NCBI GenBank assembly: GCA_964589175.1
Contig: CAZPRY010000007.1
Coordinates: 52,938 to 116,937 of the forward strand
Direction: 5' to 3'
DNA: 64,000 bases
DNA from: an uncultured bacterium
GTDB taxonomy: Bacteria > Fidelibacterota > UBA2242
The notes under the pieces are model-generated. The model was not told the origin of the DNA. It saw nothing but the letters and a program-made list of their open reading frames with translations, and did not search any database. Positions 39,269 through 49,048 of the stretch are shown here, piece after piece. Position 1 is the first letter of the stretch. Every line of letters starts with the position of its first letter. The translations under genes and the position numbers were made by a program.

Positions 39269-40252
39269 TTATTTTTTAGAACGTAAAAGGAAAGATGGAT
39301 CGTCGCTGATCTGCCGCGAAAATTCATTCAGATAATCAGCCGTCTCTTTGAGTACCTCGAGCGATTTGAGCAAATCCTGCCGCCCGCGCAGTACCACCAG
39401 GTCGACGTGCGCAAAGGTGGTGTTGATCTGATTCACCGCCTTGCGGATATCCTCGATGGTCGCAACCAGGTCCGTTTGGCTCAGGCTTTCGGAGAATTGG
39501 GCGGTGTTGACGAGGACGTCGCGGATTTCGGGCGAATCCAGGATGGCGTTCAGCTTTTCCAGGGTCGCGTTGGCGGAAATGCTCAATTGGTTGAGATTGG
39601 CGGAGGTCGCCCCGATGTTGGCGATCGTCGCGGCGATTGGTTGCCGGTTCTCGCTGATCACCAGGTTCAGATTTTCCAGTACCTCACTCACTCTTTCGCG
39701 GTTCTCGCTGATGAGTGTGTCGCTGTTGGCCAGAATTCTGCTGATCTTCTCACGGTTCGAAATGTTCGTGATCTCGCCGAGATTCTGAATCAGCAGTTCG
39801 AGCTTCTCGGCAATGTCTTCCGCTTTCCCCGTGATGTCATCGAAATAGGAACTCCCGGCGTTAATACGGGCCCCGGGTTCGAGCAGCACGGCCTCGTTCG
39901 AACCGCCGGTCAATTCAATCTGTTTCAGGCCGGTGATGCCGACCGTAACCAGCGTCGCGTAGACATCTTCCTTGATCGGGGTCCCCTGTTTAATTCCGAT
40001 CTTGACGATGACGTTCCGGATATCCTCCTTATCGATCGAAATATCATCGACTCCGCCGATATTGATACCGGAGTATTTGACGGAACTGCCGATCTGCAGG
40101 CCGTTCACGGATGCGTCCCGGTAATGAATATAATAGGTATCTTTGCGTTCCATGAGCTTATTGCCGGCCACGATAATGAAGAAACCAATCAGCAGTGCGG
40201 AACAGAGCAGGATAAAAATTCCCAGTCGAAATTTTTGTGCTTTACTAATCAT
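39269..40252 (-). CDS. mlaD: MCE-family protein (MlaD-like)
   Basis: An N-terminal TM anchor, an MCE domain (YYIHYRDASVNGLQIGSSVKYSGINIGGVDDISI...), and a long C-terminal coiled-coil/helical extension. Confidence 0.85.
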   Translation of the reverse strand: MISKAQKFRLGIFILLCSALLIGFFIIVAGNKLMERKDTYYIHYRDASVNGLQIGSSVKYSGINIGGVDDISIDKEDIRNVIVKIGIKQGTPIKEDVYATLVTVGITGLKQIELTGGSNEAVLLEPGARINAGSSYFDDITGKAEDIAEKLELLIQNLGEITNISNREKISRILANSDTLISENRERVSEVLENLNLVISENRQPIAATIANIGATSANLNQLSISANATLEKLNAILDSPEIRDVLVNTAQFSESLSQTDLVATIEDIRKAVNQINTTFAHVDLVVLRGRQDLLKSLEVLKETADYLNEFSRQISDDPSFLLRSKK

Positions 40253-40303
40253 TGCTTACCGATTCTAAGCGCGCACGCATTTGAGTTGAGAATCTACGGA
40301 AAT

Positions 40304-41272
40304 CTAATGATTATTTCCGCTCGCGTCGAGATTATCTTTTTCATCGTAGGCTTTGATGATCTCTTTCACCAGACGATGGCGAACCACATCGCGGGAATCA
40401 AAATAGATAAAATCGATTCCGTCGATTCCCTGCAGGATACGCTGGGCTTCGATCAGACCCGAGTGCTCCTTATTGGGAATATCGATCTGGGTAATATCGC
40501 CGGTAATGATGGCCTTCGAGTTGGCGCCCAGGCGCGTCAGGAACATCTTCATCTGCATACTGGAGGTGTTCTGGGCTTCATCCAGGATCACGTAAGCATT
40601 GTTGAGAGTCCGCCCGCGCATATAGGCCAGCGGCAGAATCTCGATCGAGTGCTGTTCGGTGTAGTTGCGCAGTTTTTCGGGCGGCAGCATGTCATGCAGA
40701 GCATCGTCCAGCGGCGCCAGATAGGGCTCGATCTTCTCCTTTAAATCTCCGGGCAGGAACCCGAGACTTTCGCCGGCTTCCACCGCCGGCCGGGTCAGGA
40801 TAATGCGCTGAACGTCGTGATTGCGCAGGGCCGCCACGGCAATCGCCACCGCCAGGTAGGTTTTCCCGGTACCCGCCGGTCCGATCGCAAAGACGATATC
40901 GTTCTTCAACGTCGACCGATAATAGTTTTCCTGGCTCAGCGAGCGCGGCTTGATCACCCCGCTTTTCTTGAAAAGAATCACCGTTTCCGGCGTAATCTCA
41001 CCCTGCAACCGGCCGCCGCCGGTCTCGACATTGACCAGCGCCCGGATATCGTTTTCGTCCACAAAGCCCTTTTGGTTGATCGTCAGGAGCATCTCCCCCA
41101 GGATGCGGTCAACCTGGTCGATGCAGGCCGGTTCGCCTTCCAGGGTCACCCGGTTCCCGCGCGCGAATATCTTCAGCGGAAAACTCTTCTCCAGCAGGGT
41201 TAAAAAAATATCATTGGCACCGTACACCAGAAACGGATCAACGCCGCGTAATTCTATAACCTTCGAACTCAT
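40304..41272 (-). CDS. phoH: PhoH family ATPase
   Basis: Walker A FAIGPAGTGKTYLAVAIAV, and PhoH signature blocks throughout the protein. Confidence 0.9.
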   Translation of the reverse strand: MSSKVIELRGVDPFLVYGANDIFLTLLEKSFPLKIFARGNRVTLEGEPACIDQVDRILGEMLLTINQKGFVDENDIRALVNVETGGGRLQGEITPETVILFKKSGVIKPRSLSQENYYRSTLKNDIVFAIGPAGTGKTYLAVAIAVAALRNHDVQRIILTRPAVEAGESLGFLPGDLKEKIEPYLAPLDDALHDMLPPEKLRNYTEQHSIEILPLAYMRGRTLNNAYVILDEAQNTSSMQMKMFLTRLGANSKAIITGDITQIDIPNKEHSGLIEAQRILQGIDGIDFIYFDSRDVVRHRLVKEIIKAYDEKDNLDASGNNH

Positions 41273-41362
41273 CTTTCCTCATTCAATAGTACAATGTTGC
41301 TTACCTGGCTATATACACATTGTCGTGGGATAATCTGAGATTTTTCCAGCATAGTATCAAGT

Positions 41363-41392
41363 CAAAAAAAGAGGGAGTTGCCTCCCCCTCTA
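41363..41392 (-). terminator. Rho-independent terminator downstream of the OsmC-like gene
   Basis: On the minus strand: GAGGGGGAGG-CAA-CTCCCTC hairpin followed by TTTTTTT. Confidence 0.55.
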
Positions 41393-41443
41393 TCGTAATC
41401 CCGGGGCCAGAACCGTCCTTAGACCGTTCTGCCGCTCTTTCCT

Positions 41444-41862
41444 CTAGTTTTCAACGGCAACAGGTGACGCCACTTCGGTGTGCACATTGAACTGCGGCGG
41501 AGTTTCGAGATGCCGTTTGACCGCACACAGATTGGCCGACCGAATCAGGGCTTCTTTGTACTTCTCCGGAAAGTCCGGCGCGGTACCTGAATTTCCAGTT
41601 CGATGTCGCTGATCAAACCGTTCATCGGATTGCTGCGCATTCTCTGGACTATACGGATATTGTCGGTATCCAGACCGCGCTGCCGGCAGAATCCGAGCAC
41701 ATAAATCCCGGCGCAGGTGCCGATCGACGACAGAAACAATGCGAACGGAGCGGGTGCTTCGCCGCCGCCACCGGCCTGCAGCGGTTGATCCGTCATGACG
41801 GTCTGCCCTCCGAAATGCGCATCCACCCGTAAACCTTTGGGAAAATCAATCACCATCTCCAT
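41444..41862 (-). pseudogene. OsmC/Ohr family peroxiredoxin-like gene interrupted by a frameshift
   Basis: The ORF at 41545-41862 encodes the OsmC N-terminal and core region up to ...DIELEIQVP. The conserved OsmC C-terminus (APDFPEKYKEALIRSANLCAVKRHLETPPQFNVHTEVASPVAVEN*) continues in another frame, to the stop at 41444-41446. The shift is near 41575-41585. Confidence 0.7.
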
Positions 41863-42130
41863 GTTGCCTGGCTCCTTTTTAACTTTTATTAATTGTTAAA
41901 TTTTACACACTCTTCAGATAAAAATCCCCGATCAAGGTTACAGACATATGCATGCTGTTGGAATTGAATTTCAGGCGCGCTAGATTTCGCCTCATTAATT
42001 TGAAAACCGATATGGAATGCTCATGAAGGTCGCAGGCATTATTCTATTGACCATCGGATAGCGACTCCGATTAATTTTACATGCGTATTCGCTTCAAATG
42101 ACTTACATTTCGATTAACGGGAATTTTTTA

Positions 42131-42137
42131 AAGGAGG
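42131..42137 (+). promoter_or_regulatory. Shine-Dalgarno sequence (AAGGAGG) for the downstream lipoprotein gene
   Basis: AAGGAGG lies 5 nt upstream of ATG 42143. Confidence 0.5.
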
Positions 42138-42142
42138 AAATT

Positions 42143-42478
42143 ATGCGGACCGTATTTAAATCAACACTTCCGATAATGGCCGTGTTTATGTTCCTGATGC
42201 TCGTGGGCTGCGCCACGATCGGGACCGAATTCAACACGGATGCCGTCTCGCGTATCGTCATCGGTGAAACCGGCAAAGCCGACATGCAAACCCTTTTCGG
42301 CGATCCGTGGCGCACCGGGATCGAGGACGGCAGCCCGACCTGGACCTACGCCTGCTACCGCCTGCGCCTCTTCAAAGCGCCGGAAACCAGCGATCTATAC
42401 GTGCGCTTCGATGCGACCGGGAAAGTAGCATCCTACGCCTTCAACAGCACCAAACCTGTTCCCCGGCCGGCGAAGTAG
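42143..42478 (+). CDS. Small outer-membrane lipoprotein, BamE/SmpA-OmlA-like
   Basis: Starts at MRTVFKS, preceded by a strong RBS. Lipobox LMLVGCA. It is about 110 aa and has an SmpA/OmlA-like core (IVIGETGKADMQTLFGDP...TWTY). Confidence 0.5.
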   Translation: MRTVFKSTLPIMAVFMFLMLVGCATIGTEFNTDAVSRIVIGETGKADMQTLFGDPWRTGIEDGSPTWTYACYRLRLFKAPETSDLYVRFDATGKVASYAFNSTKPVPRPAK

Positions 42479-42792
42479 ATATCACGTAGGGATCGGATTT
42501 CTCGTTTTCAGTTCCGTCAGGAGCTCAGTTATGTCAGCCCTGACGTCCTCGTTCCCAAATTGGATTTGGCAATAAAAGTCTTCCGATATTTATGTTTGGC
42601 AGAATACCTTAAGATTTCCGCTCCCAAATCAGAGTTTGGGAGCGAGGAGAACACGAGATAAACGGTTCCGTCAAAAGATCACTACTGACGGCCTTGCAGT
42701 CATTTCGTACAAGCCGGGTATTAGACAGCGGCACGGGCCCGCGCTTATCGGATCAGGTCTTAAAAATAATTTGTGATGATCGAGGTATTGAT

Positions 42793-44568
42793 TTATCCGG
42801 CCTCTTCCTTGCCGCGGATAATCCGAATTCCCAGCTCTTCCAATTGTTTCTCATCGACCGGGGTCGGGCAGCCGTCCATCAGAGAGGAAGCGCTGGTGGT
42901 CTTGGGGAAGGCGATCACGTCGCGGATATTATCGGCACCGCACAGGATCATAATCAGGCGATCGAAACCTAGCGCGATGCCGCCGTGCGGCGGTGCGCCG
43001 TAAGTCAGGGCTTCCAGCAGAAAACCGAATTTGCTCTCGACTTCCGCCCGGCGCATGCCGAGCACATCGAACATCTCCTGCTGCATTTCCATAGTATGAT
43101 TACGGATACTGCCGCCGCCGATTTCGTGGCCGTTGATAACGACATCGTAGGCGCGGGCGTGCACCTTTTCCGGGACGCTTTTCAGCAACGCACGCTCTTC
43201 CGGCACGGCCGACGTGAAGGGATGATGCATCGCCACAAAGCGATCGGCGTCGGCGTCCCATTCGAGCAGCGGGAAGCGCGTCACCCACAGGGCTTTGAAC
43301 ACATTGCCCGGGATCATCTCCAGGCGATGCGCAATCTCCAGGCGCAATGTTCCCAGAGCCGGGTAAACAACCTTGGCCTGATCCGCCACGAAGAGCAAAA
43401 TGTCACCGGGAACGGCCGCGAACTCGTGGACGAATTCCTTTTCCGTACCGGACAAAAATTTGGCGATTCCGGCATCCAGGCCGGTTTTCATGACCTTGCA
43501 GAAAGCTAATCCCTTGGCGCCCAGGTTCTGAACCTTAAGCGTCAGTTCGTCGATGATCTTGCGTGAGAACTGCGCCCCACCGGGCACACGGATACCAGCG
43601 ACGATACCGCCATTTTCGACGGTAGCTTGGAATACGCGAAAATCGGTCCGGGCCGCCAATTCGTTCAACGTATGAATTTCCATAGCAAAGCGCAGATCGG
43701 GTTTGTCGGAGCCGTAGGTCTGCATCGCTTCCTCGTAATTCATGCGCGGGAAGCGGCTCTCCAGTTCCACGCCGATCACCGCGCGAAACACCTGCCGCAG
43801 CATGTCTTCGGTAATCTGCAGGATATCTTCTTCATCAACAAAACTCATTTCCACATCGATCTGCGTGAATTCCGGCTGGCGGTCCGCCCGCAGATCCTCG
43901 TCGCGAAAGCATTTAACAACCTGGAAATAGCGGTCGAAACCGGCCATCATCAGCAATTGCTTGTACTGCTGCGGCGATTGCGGCAGGGCATAGAACGAAC
44001 CCTTGTGAATACGGGAGGGCACCAGGTAATCGCGGGCGCCTTCCGGAGTGCTTTTCATCAGGACAGGTGTTTCAATTTCATAAAATTGATGCTCGTTATA
44101 AAACTTGCGCACGGCCTGGGCCGCGGTATGCCGGATCGCCAGGTTACGCTGCAGCTCTTTCGTGCGCAGATCGATATAGCGGTATTTCAGGCGCAAATCC
44201 TCGAGCGCGGTATTGCGGTCGGTTACCAGAAAAGGCAGTACCCGGGCCTTATTCAGAATTTCCAACTCCGCTCCCAGCAGTTCGATCTCCCCGGTTGCCA
44301 GGTCCGGGTTGAAGGCATCCCCGGGGCGCAGCCGGACCAATCCTTTTACGGCGACGACATCTTCATGCCCGAGTTTTTTGGCCTGTTCGATCAATTCCAG
44401 GCCCTGTGCCGGATCGAAAACCAATTGGGTCATCCCGTAGCGGTCGCGCAGATCGATAAAAATCAATCCACCCAGATCCCGTCGGCGATTAACCCAACCG
44501 TTCAGGACCACCGTTTGGCCGGCGTGTTCTTTCCGCAATTCTCCGCAAGTCAGCGTACGTTTTAGCAT
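42793..44568 (-). CDS. aspS: Aspartate--tRNA ligase
   Basis: 591 aa. N-terminal OB-fold (VVLNGWVNRRRDLGGLIFIDLRDRYG), class II motifs (FRDEDLRADRQPEFTQID, GGGSIR) and the bacterial GAD insertion. Confidence 0.95.
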   Translation of the reverse strand: MLKRTLTCGELRKEHAGQTVVLNGWVNRRRDLGGLIFIDLRDRYGMTQLVFDPAQGLELIEQAKKLGHEDVVAVKGLVRLRPGDAFNPDLATGEIELLGAELEILNKARVLPFLVTDRNTALEDLRLKYRYIDLRTKELQRNLAIRHTAAQAVRKFYNEHQFYEIETPVLMKSTPEGARDYLVPSRIHKGSFYALPQSPQQYKQLLMMAGFDRYFQVVKCFRDEDLRADRQPEFTQIDVEMSFVDEEDILQITEDMLRQVFRAVIGVELESRFPRMNYEEAMQTYGSDKPDLRFAMEIHTLNELAARTDFRVFQATVENGGIVAGIRVPGGAQFSRKIIDELTLKVQNLGAKGLAFCKVMKTGLDAGIAKFLSGTEKEFVHEFAAVPGDILLFVADQAKVVYPALGTLRLEIAHRLEMIPGNVFKALWVTRFPLLEWDADADRFVAMHHPFTSAVPEERALLKSVPEKVHARAYDVVINGHEIGGGSIRNHTMEMQQEMFDVLGMRRAEVESKFGFLLEALTYGAPPHGGIALGFDRLIMILCGADNIRDVIAFPKTTSASSLMDGCPTPVDEKQLEELGIRIIRGKEEAG

Positions 44569-44576
44569 ATATTACC

Positions 44577-46853
44577 TTAATCCGTTTTCCTGTTTTTAGA
44601 AGGATCTGTCTGTGAAAACAGTCCGGTCCGTTTCCGTCTCCCGGAACGTCCCCTGGGCCCGCCTTTGGTCAAAGCCTCATACATCTGTTTGGAACTTTTG
44701 CATTCGAGCAGCAGGTCGCGCCCTTCTTCATTTAGGGCCTGGCTGATCATCGACATGAACTGCATATGCGGCGCTGAGGCGCTTTCCGGCGAGAGGGTCA
44801 GGATAATTATTTTGGCCGGCTGCCCGTCAATCGAATCGAAATTGATTCCATCCGTTTTCAAGCCGATGGCACAGACCAGTTTCACGACCGCGTCCGTCCG
44901 GCCGTGCGGAATGGCGATTCCGAATTGAATCCCGGTCGACATGCTTTCTTCCCGGGCCATGACCGCCTCCCGGGCTTTTTTCAAATCTTTGATCAGGCCG
45001 TTTTGATCGAGAACATTTAAAAGTTCATAAATGATCTCCACCTTGGTCCGGCCGCTCAGATTCGGCTTCAGGACATTCCGGGTGATGTAAGCCGACAGAT
45101 CGGGCCGATGCAGTCCATCCGGAACATGTTCCTGGAGTTTGCGGCCGATCTCCACGCCATCAATCGGTTTGCGCAGTTCCTTGATCATGGCTTCAAACTC
45201 CGCCAGCACCTCATACATAGCGGTATTGATGTAGGGCACCTGGATTTTGCTGCAATCGAATTGAATCAATCCGTCCTTGCGCTGAATGTCGATGACAATA
45301 TCGTCCTTGCGCAACTGGTACAATTCTTTACGCTGGCTGAGAGTATGGACGTAGAATCCTTCCGTATCGAAAAGATATAATAATTTGGACAGGATCAGCT
45401 CGGCGGTCTGGATCGATGGGAATTTGAAATTCACATAGGTCACTTCCTCGGCCACCTGCTGTTTCCGCACGCCGCTGCCGGGACGCCGGAAAAGCCGGAT
45501 CAGGACCGGGGGGGCAGCCAGAGTCGTGAGCAGCGTCATGAGCACACCAACGCCGAAGATTTCAGGCGTCAGAATTCCGGCAGCCAGTCCGATGCCGGCC
45601 ACAATCAGGGCAACCTCACCTCTCGGCAGCATTCCGACACCGATACGCAGGGCTCCGCGCAGATTAAAATTCGTCAGAAGCGCGGGCAAGCCGCCGCCTA
45701 AAATTTTGGCTACGATCGCAAGCAGAGAATAGATAATTCCGAAAAGGAGCACGCTTCGCGAGGCAAAAAGCCGGACGTTGACCAGCATGCCCATTACGGT
45801 GAAAAAAATCGGCACCAGAAAGGCCTGGATCGGATTCAGTTTTTCCATGATGACCTGGTTGATATCGGTCTTGGACAGTGACAATCCCATGATATAGGCT
45901 CCGATGATCATCGCCAGGCCGGCTTCCTCAAACATACCGGCCAGGATCAGAGCCAGCCCCAACGACATCATCGCAATCGAGGAGCGATCGCCAAACCATT
46001 TCAGAAGGATGCTGATCTTGCGCGACATTATCAGGCCGATGGCGGTGGCGGCCAGCCAGATGCCGATGGCCTTTGCCGCAATGATGCCGATATGTCCCCA
46101 ATCCACACTCCCCGAATGCTGCGAAGCCGAAATGATACCGAGACCAATCGCCAGCAGAACAATGCCGATTACGTCATCGATCACCGCTCCGGCTAGAATC
46201 GTGACACCTTCGGGGGAATCGAGATGGTTTTGTTCGGATAGAATTCGCGCCGTAATACCCACGGATGTCGCCGTCGAAATGATTCCCAGAAACAGGCTGG
46301 ACGGCGCAAAAAAACCGTGGTGTACGCCGAAGAGCAGCTTGGAAAACAAGACGGCGGATAGATCCCCCAGTAAGAAAGAGAAAATCACACCGCCGATGCC
46401 GACCAGGCTGCCTACAACCGAATAGCGCAAGAACAGTTTGAGGTCCGTTTCCAGGCCGATCATGAAGAGCAGCACAATCGAAGCCAGGGTGCAGACGCCG
46501 TAAAGCTCCGGGGAAACCGGAAATTCAGCGGTGAAGACCGGGAAGATCCCGTTGGGAAAAAGGGGCAAGGAAATACCGCCCAGAATATAAGGCCCGATGA
46601 AAATTCCGGCGCTGAGTTCACCCAGCACACCGGGCATATTCAGGCGCTCGAAGAGCAGATTGCCCAGGCGGGCCGCGAAAAGGATGATGCCGAGCTGCAG
46701 CATCAACATCATCATTCTGTGCGTCATCGTCATGCTGGCGGGCCCAATTTCGGAGCCCATCAGCCCCGTCAGCGGTAGTAACACCACTAAAACTATGAAT
46801 ATTTTATTCCAGCTGATTTTCAATTTTCCACCTTTATGAGAAGACTGATGCAA
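44577..46853 (-). CDS. CPA2-family cation:proton antiporter fused to a C-terminal PTS EIIA type-2 (PtsN/EIIA-Ntr-like) domain
   Basis: The N-terminal ~420 aa form a Kef/NapA-type multi-TM antiporter. The C-terminal ~150 aa contain the PTS_EIIA_2 phosphorylatable-His region (GIAIPHGRTDAV...IIILTLSPES). Confidence 0.8.
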   Translation of the reverse strand: MHQSSHKGGKLKISWNKIFIVLVVLLPLTGLMGSEIGPASMTMTHRMMMLMLQLGIILFAARLGNLLFERLNMPGVLGELSAGIFIGPYILGGISLPLFPNGIFPVFTAEFPVSPELYGVCTLASIVLLFMIGLETDLKLFLRYSVVGSLVGIGGVIFSFLLGDLSAVLFSKLLFGVHHGFFAPSSLFLGIISTATSVGITARILSEQNHLDSPEGVTILAGAVIDDVIGIVLLAIGLGIISASQHSGSVDWGHIGIIAAKAIGIWLAATAIGLIMSRKISILLKWFGDRSSIAMMSLGLALILAGMFEEAGLAMIIGAYIMGLSLSKTDINQVIMEKLNPIQAFLVPIFFTVMGMLVNVRLFASRSVLLFGIIYSLLAIVAKILGGGLPALLTNFNLRGALRIGVGMLPRGEVALIVAGIGLAAGILTPEIFGVGVLMTLLTTLAAPPVLIRLFRRPGSGVRKQQVAEEVTYVNFKFPSIQTAELILSKLLYLFDTEGFYVHTLSQRKELYQLRKDDIVIDIQRKDGLIQFDCSKIQVPYINTAMYEVLAEFEAMIKELRKPIDGVEIGRKLQEHVPDGLHRPDLSAYITRNVLKPNLSGRTKVEIIYELLNVLDQNGLIKDLKKAREAVMAREESMSTGIQFGIAIPHGRTDAVVKLVCAIGLKTDGINFDSIDGQPAKIIILTLSPESASAPHMQFMSMISQALNEEGRDLLLECKSSKQMYEALTKGGPRGRSGRRKRTGLFSQTDPSKNRKTD

Positions 46854-46982
46854 AGTACAGCGCTCAATTTAAGTGCTTCTCTGCAAATTCTCAAATGCAG
46901 AATTCCGTTCAAAAATATTGGGTATGGGCGAGTTGTATCGTTCTTCTGAAAACTGCGACGGGAATAGAGAGTCGGAACCCGA

Positions 46983-47354
46983 TCAGGCTTCATCGCGACG
47001 TGACGGAGTGGAAGAATGGGCCTGCATATCGCATCGGCCTTCGAAATGGGCGCCTTCTTCGATCACAATCTGGGAGGCTTTCATATCGCCGTGCAGAACG
47101 GATTTATCGCCGAGCATCACTTTGCCCACAGCCATGACATTTCCCTCAACATGTCCTCCAATCTGCAAATCGGTACCAATCAGTTTGCCCTCGATTTCGG
47201 CACCCGGACCAATTCGGATCGTTCCGTCGGTCTCGATATCCCCCAGGATTTTTCCGTAAACCACGATATTGCCGTCGAGCTTGATATTCCCCTGAATAAC
47301 CGTATCTTCGCCGATTATCGTATTGATGGCAGTATCTTTCTTTTTCGTTTCCAC
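46983..47354 (-). CDS. Bactofilin family cytoskeletal protein
   Basis: 123 aa built from beta-helical repeats (G.I.G.V.G...G.I.G.V.G), which is typical of the DUF583/bactofilin domain. Confidence 0.8.
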   Translation of the reverse strand: METKKKDTAINTIIGEDTVIQGNIKLDGNIVVYGKILGDIETDGTIRIGPGAEIEGKLIGTDLQIGGHVEGNVMAVGKVMLGDKSVLHGDMKASQIVIEEGAHFEGRCDMQAHSSTPSRRDEA

Positions 47355-47363
47355 GCTTCCTCC

Positions 47364-48179
47364 TTAGCCTCCGACATTACTTACGGATACATCCATACGT
47401 CGATATGAAAATATCATACTCTGAGGATCAATCGGGCTGCCCTCCCGCCAAATCTCAAAATGAAGGTGCGGTCCGTTACTGACACCCGTGTCGCCGATAT
47501 AGCCGATCACATCCCCCCTGTCAACATACTGATGTTCCGTGACAATATTCCTTTGGTTGTGTCCATATATCGTAAAATAGCCGTTTTTATGGTAGAGGAT
47601 AATCATATAACCCAGGTCATAGGTCCAGTTGGAGAATACCACGACTCCCGAGGCAGAGGCTTTGATCGGCTCACCCTCCGGCGCTGCTACATCCACACCG
47701 TAATGATTCTGATCCGTGAATACGTTATCATCGACAAAACCCTGGGTAATGTAACCGTCGACCGGCGGGTAAATTGGGATATTATCCAGGTAACTGATCT
47801 CAATTTCACTGTCTTGAAGCGTCTGGTTGGAGCCGGGCGGGATAAAGAGCGAATCGAAACTGATCGAATCCATCGAAGGCAAATTCAGATCGGGACCGAG
47901 AACCGACCGGATATGGCGATCCATCTGCATAATCTGGTTGTAATCACTGATAATCTTGGTAACCTTCAGGCGATCCTGAACCAGTTGCTCATTCTCAACC
48001 ATCAGATTGCGGAAATTCAGCGCCTTGGGCAAATAGAAAAAAGTAGCCACCAGGAGCAGAACCGCGATAATTCCGAATCCGATCAGGAAAATACGCAGCG
48101 CCAGCTCGCTGAATGTCAAAATAAACGGTTTTTCCTTATTTTCGGATACTATATGAACGGTATAGTAACTTTTCTTCAT
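47364..48179 (-). CDS. M23 family metallopeptidase (LytM-like) with N-terminal TM anchor
   Basis: M23 signature HxxxD...YGHN...GDTGVSNGPHLHFEIW. Its stop overlaps the parB start region. Confidence 0.85.
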   Translation of the reverse strand: MKKSYYTVHIVSENKEKPFILTFSELALRIFLIGFGIIAVLLLVATFFYLPKALNFRNLMVENEQLVQDRLKVTKIISDYNQIMQMDRHIRSVLGPDLNLPSMDSISFDSLFIPPGSNQTLQDSEIEISYLDNIPIYPPVDGYITQGFVDDNVFTDQNHYGVDVAAPEGEPIKASASGVVVFSNWTYDLGYMIILYHKNGYFTIYGHNQRNIVTEHQYVDRGDVIGYIGDTGVSNGPHLHFEIWREGSPIDPQSMIFSYRRMDVSVSNVGG

Positions 48180-49048
48180 TATACTGATTCCTCGATAGAA
48201 TCAAGAATTTCTATTAGCCGGGTCAGATCCTCCCGGGAATAAAACTCGATTTCAATGCAGCCCTTGCTCTCGTTCCCGCGGATATGAACCCGCGAGCCGA
48301 TGACCTTCATCAGTTTTTCCTCTAATTCCTGGAAATAGGGCGGTTTTTGGGGAACAGGGGCATTTTTTTCGATGGGCTTTTCATCAGTTGCTTTTTTGGT
48401 CAAGGCCTCCACGGCACGCACGCTCAGGCCATCCCGGCGAATGCGATGCCAAAGATTAATTTGCTGCTGTTCACTGCCGAGGGTGAGCAGCGGGCGGGCA
48501 TGCCCGGCGCTCAGGTTGCCGTCCCGCACATCCTTGAGAATGGGATCGGGGAGATTGAGAAGCCGAATGGAGTTGGTAATCGTAGAACGGTCCTTCCCTA
48601 CTTTCTGCGAAATTTCTTCATGGGAAAGATTGAAGGTGTTGGCCAGCAGGGCATAGGCCTGGGCTTCATCGACGGCATTCAGGTCCTCGCGCTGGACATT
48701 CTCGACCAGGGCCAGTTCCATCATCTCCACATCACTCGAAACCGGCAAGACATAGGCCGGTATAGTCGCCATGCCCAATTCCAGGCTCGCGCGCAATCTC
48801 CGCTCGCCGGCGATCAGTTCGAAACCGCCATCCACCTGCCGGACCGTGATCGGCTGGATAATACCTTTTTCGCGAATCGAGTACTTCAGTTCTTCCATCG
48901 ATTGCACTTTGAATTCCTTGCGCGGCTGTTGCGGATTGGCGCTGATCTTCCCAACGTCGATCTCGGCGACTTTATAGACCAGCTCCGTCCCCTCCGGAAA
49001 TTCGGGAATGAGAGCGCTGATCCCTTTACCCAAGCGTTTGGCCATCAT
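48179..49048 (-). CDS. parB: Chromosome partitioning protein ParB
   Basis: ParB box GERRLRA in LIAGERRLRASLELG, an HTH, and a C-terminal dimerisation domain. Confidence 0.9.
   Translation of the reverse strand: MMAKRLGKGISALIPEFPEGTELVYKVAEIDVGKISANPQQPRKEFKVQSMEELKYSIREKGIIQPITVRQVDGGFELIAGERRLRASLELGMATIPAYVLPVSSDVEMMELALVENVQREDLNAVDEAQAYALLANTFNLSHEEISQKVGKDRSTITNSIRLLNLPDPILKDVRDGNLSAGHARPLLTLGSEQQQINLWHRIRRDGLSVRAVEALTKKATDEKPIEKNAPVPQKPPYFQELEEKLMKVIGSRVHIRGNESKGCIEIEFYSREDLTRLIEILDSIEESV

Noticed and set aside
37857-39335. Long antisense ORFs (492 aa here, and similar ones at 39407-40744, 43627-44565, 60952-62070, 28632-29612, 24115-24939, 16808-17632, 53726-54526, 3006-3791)
   Set aside because: All lie entirely inside, and opposite to, well-supported genes. 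Their translations are Arg/Gly/His/Asp-rich with no domain signatures. These are typical shadow ORFs of GC-biased coding sequence.
41565-41585. An AGGAAAGTCCGG-like string resembling the RNase P RNA P4 region
   Set aside because: It lies inside the OsmC coding frame, with none of the surrounding RNase P conserved structure.
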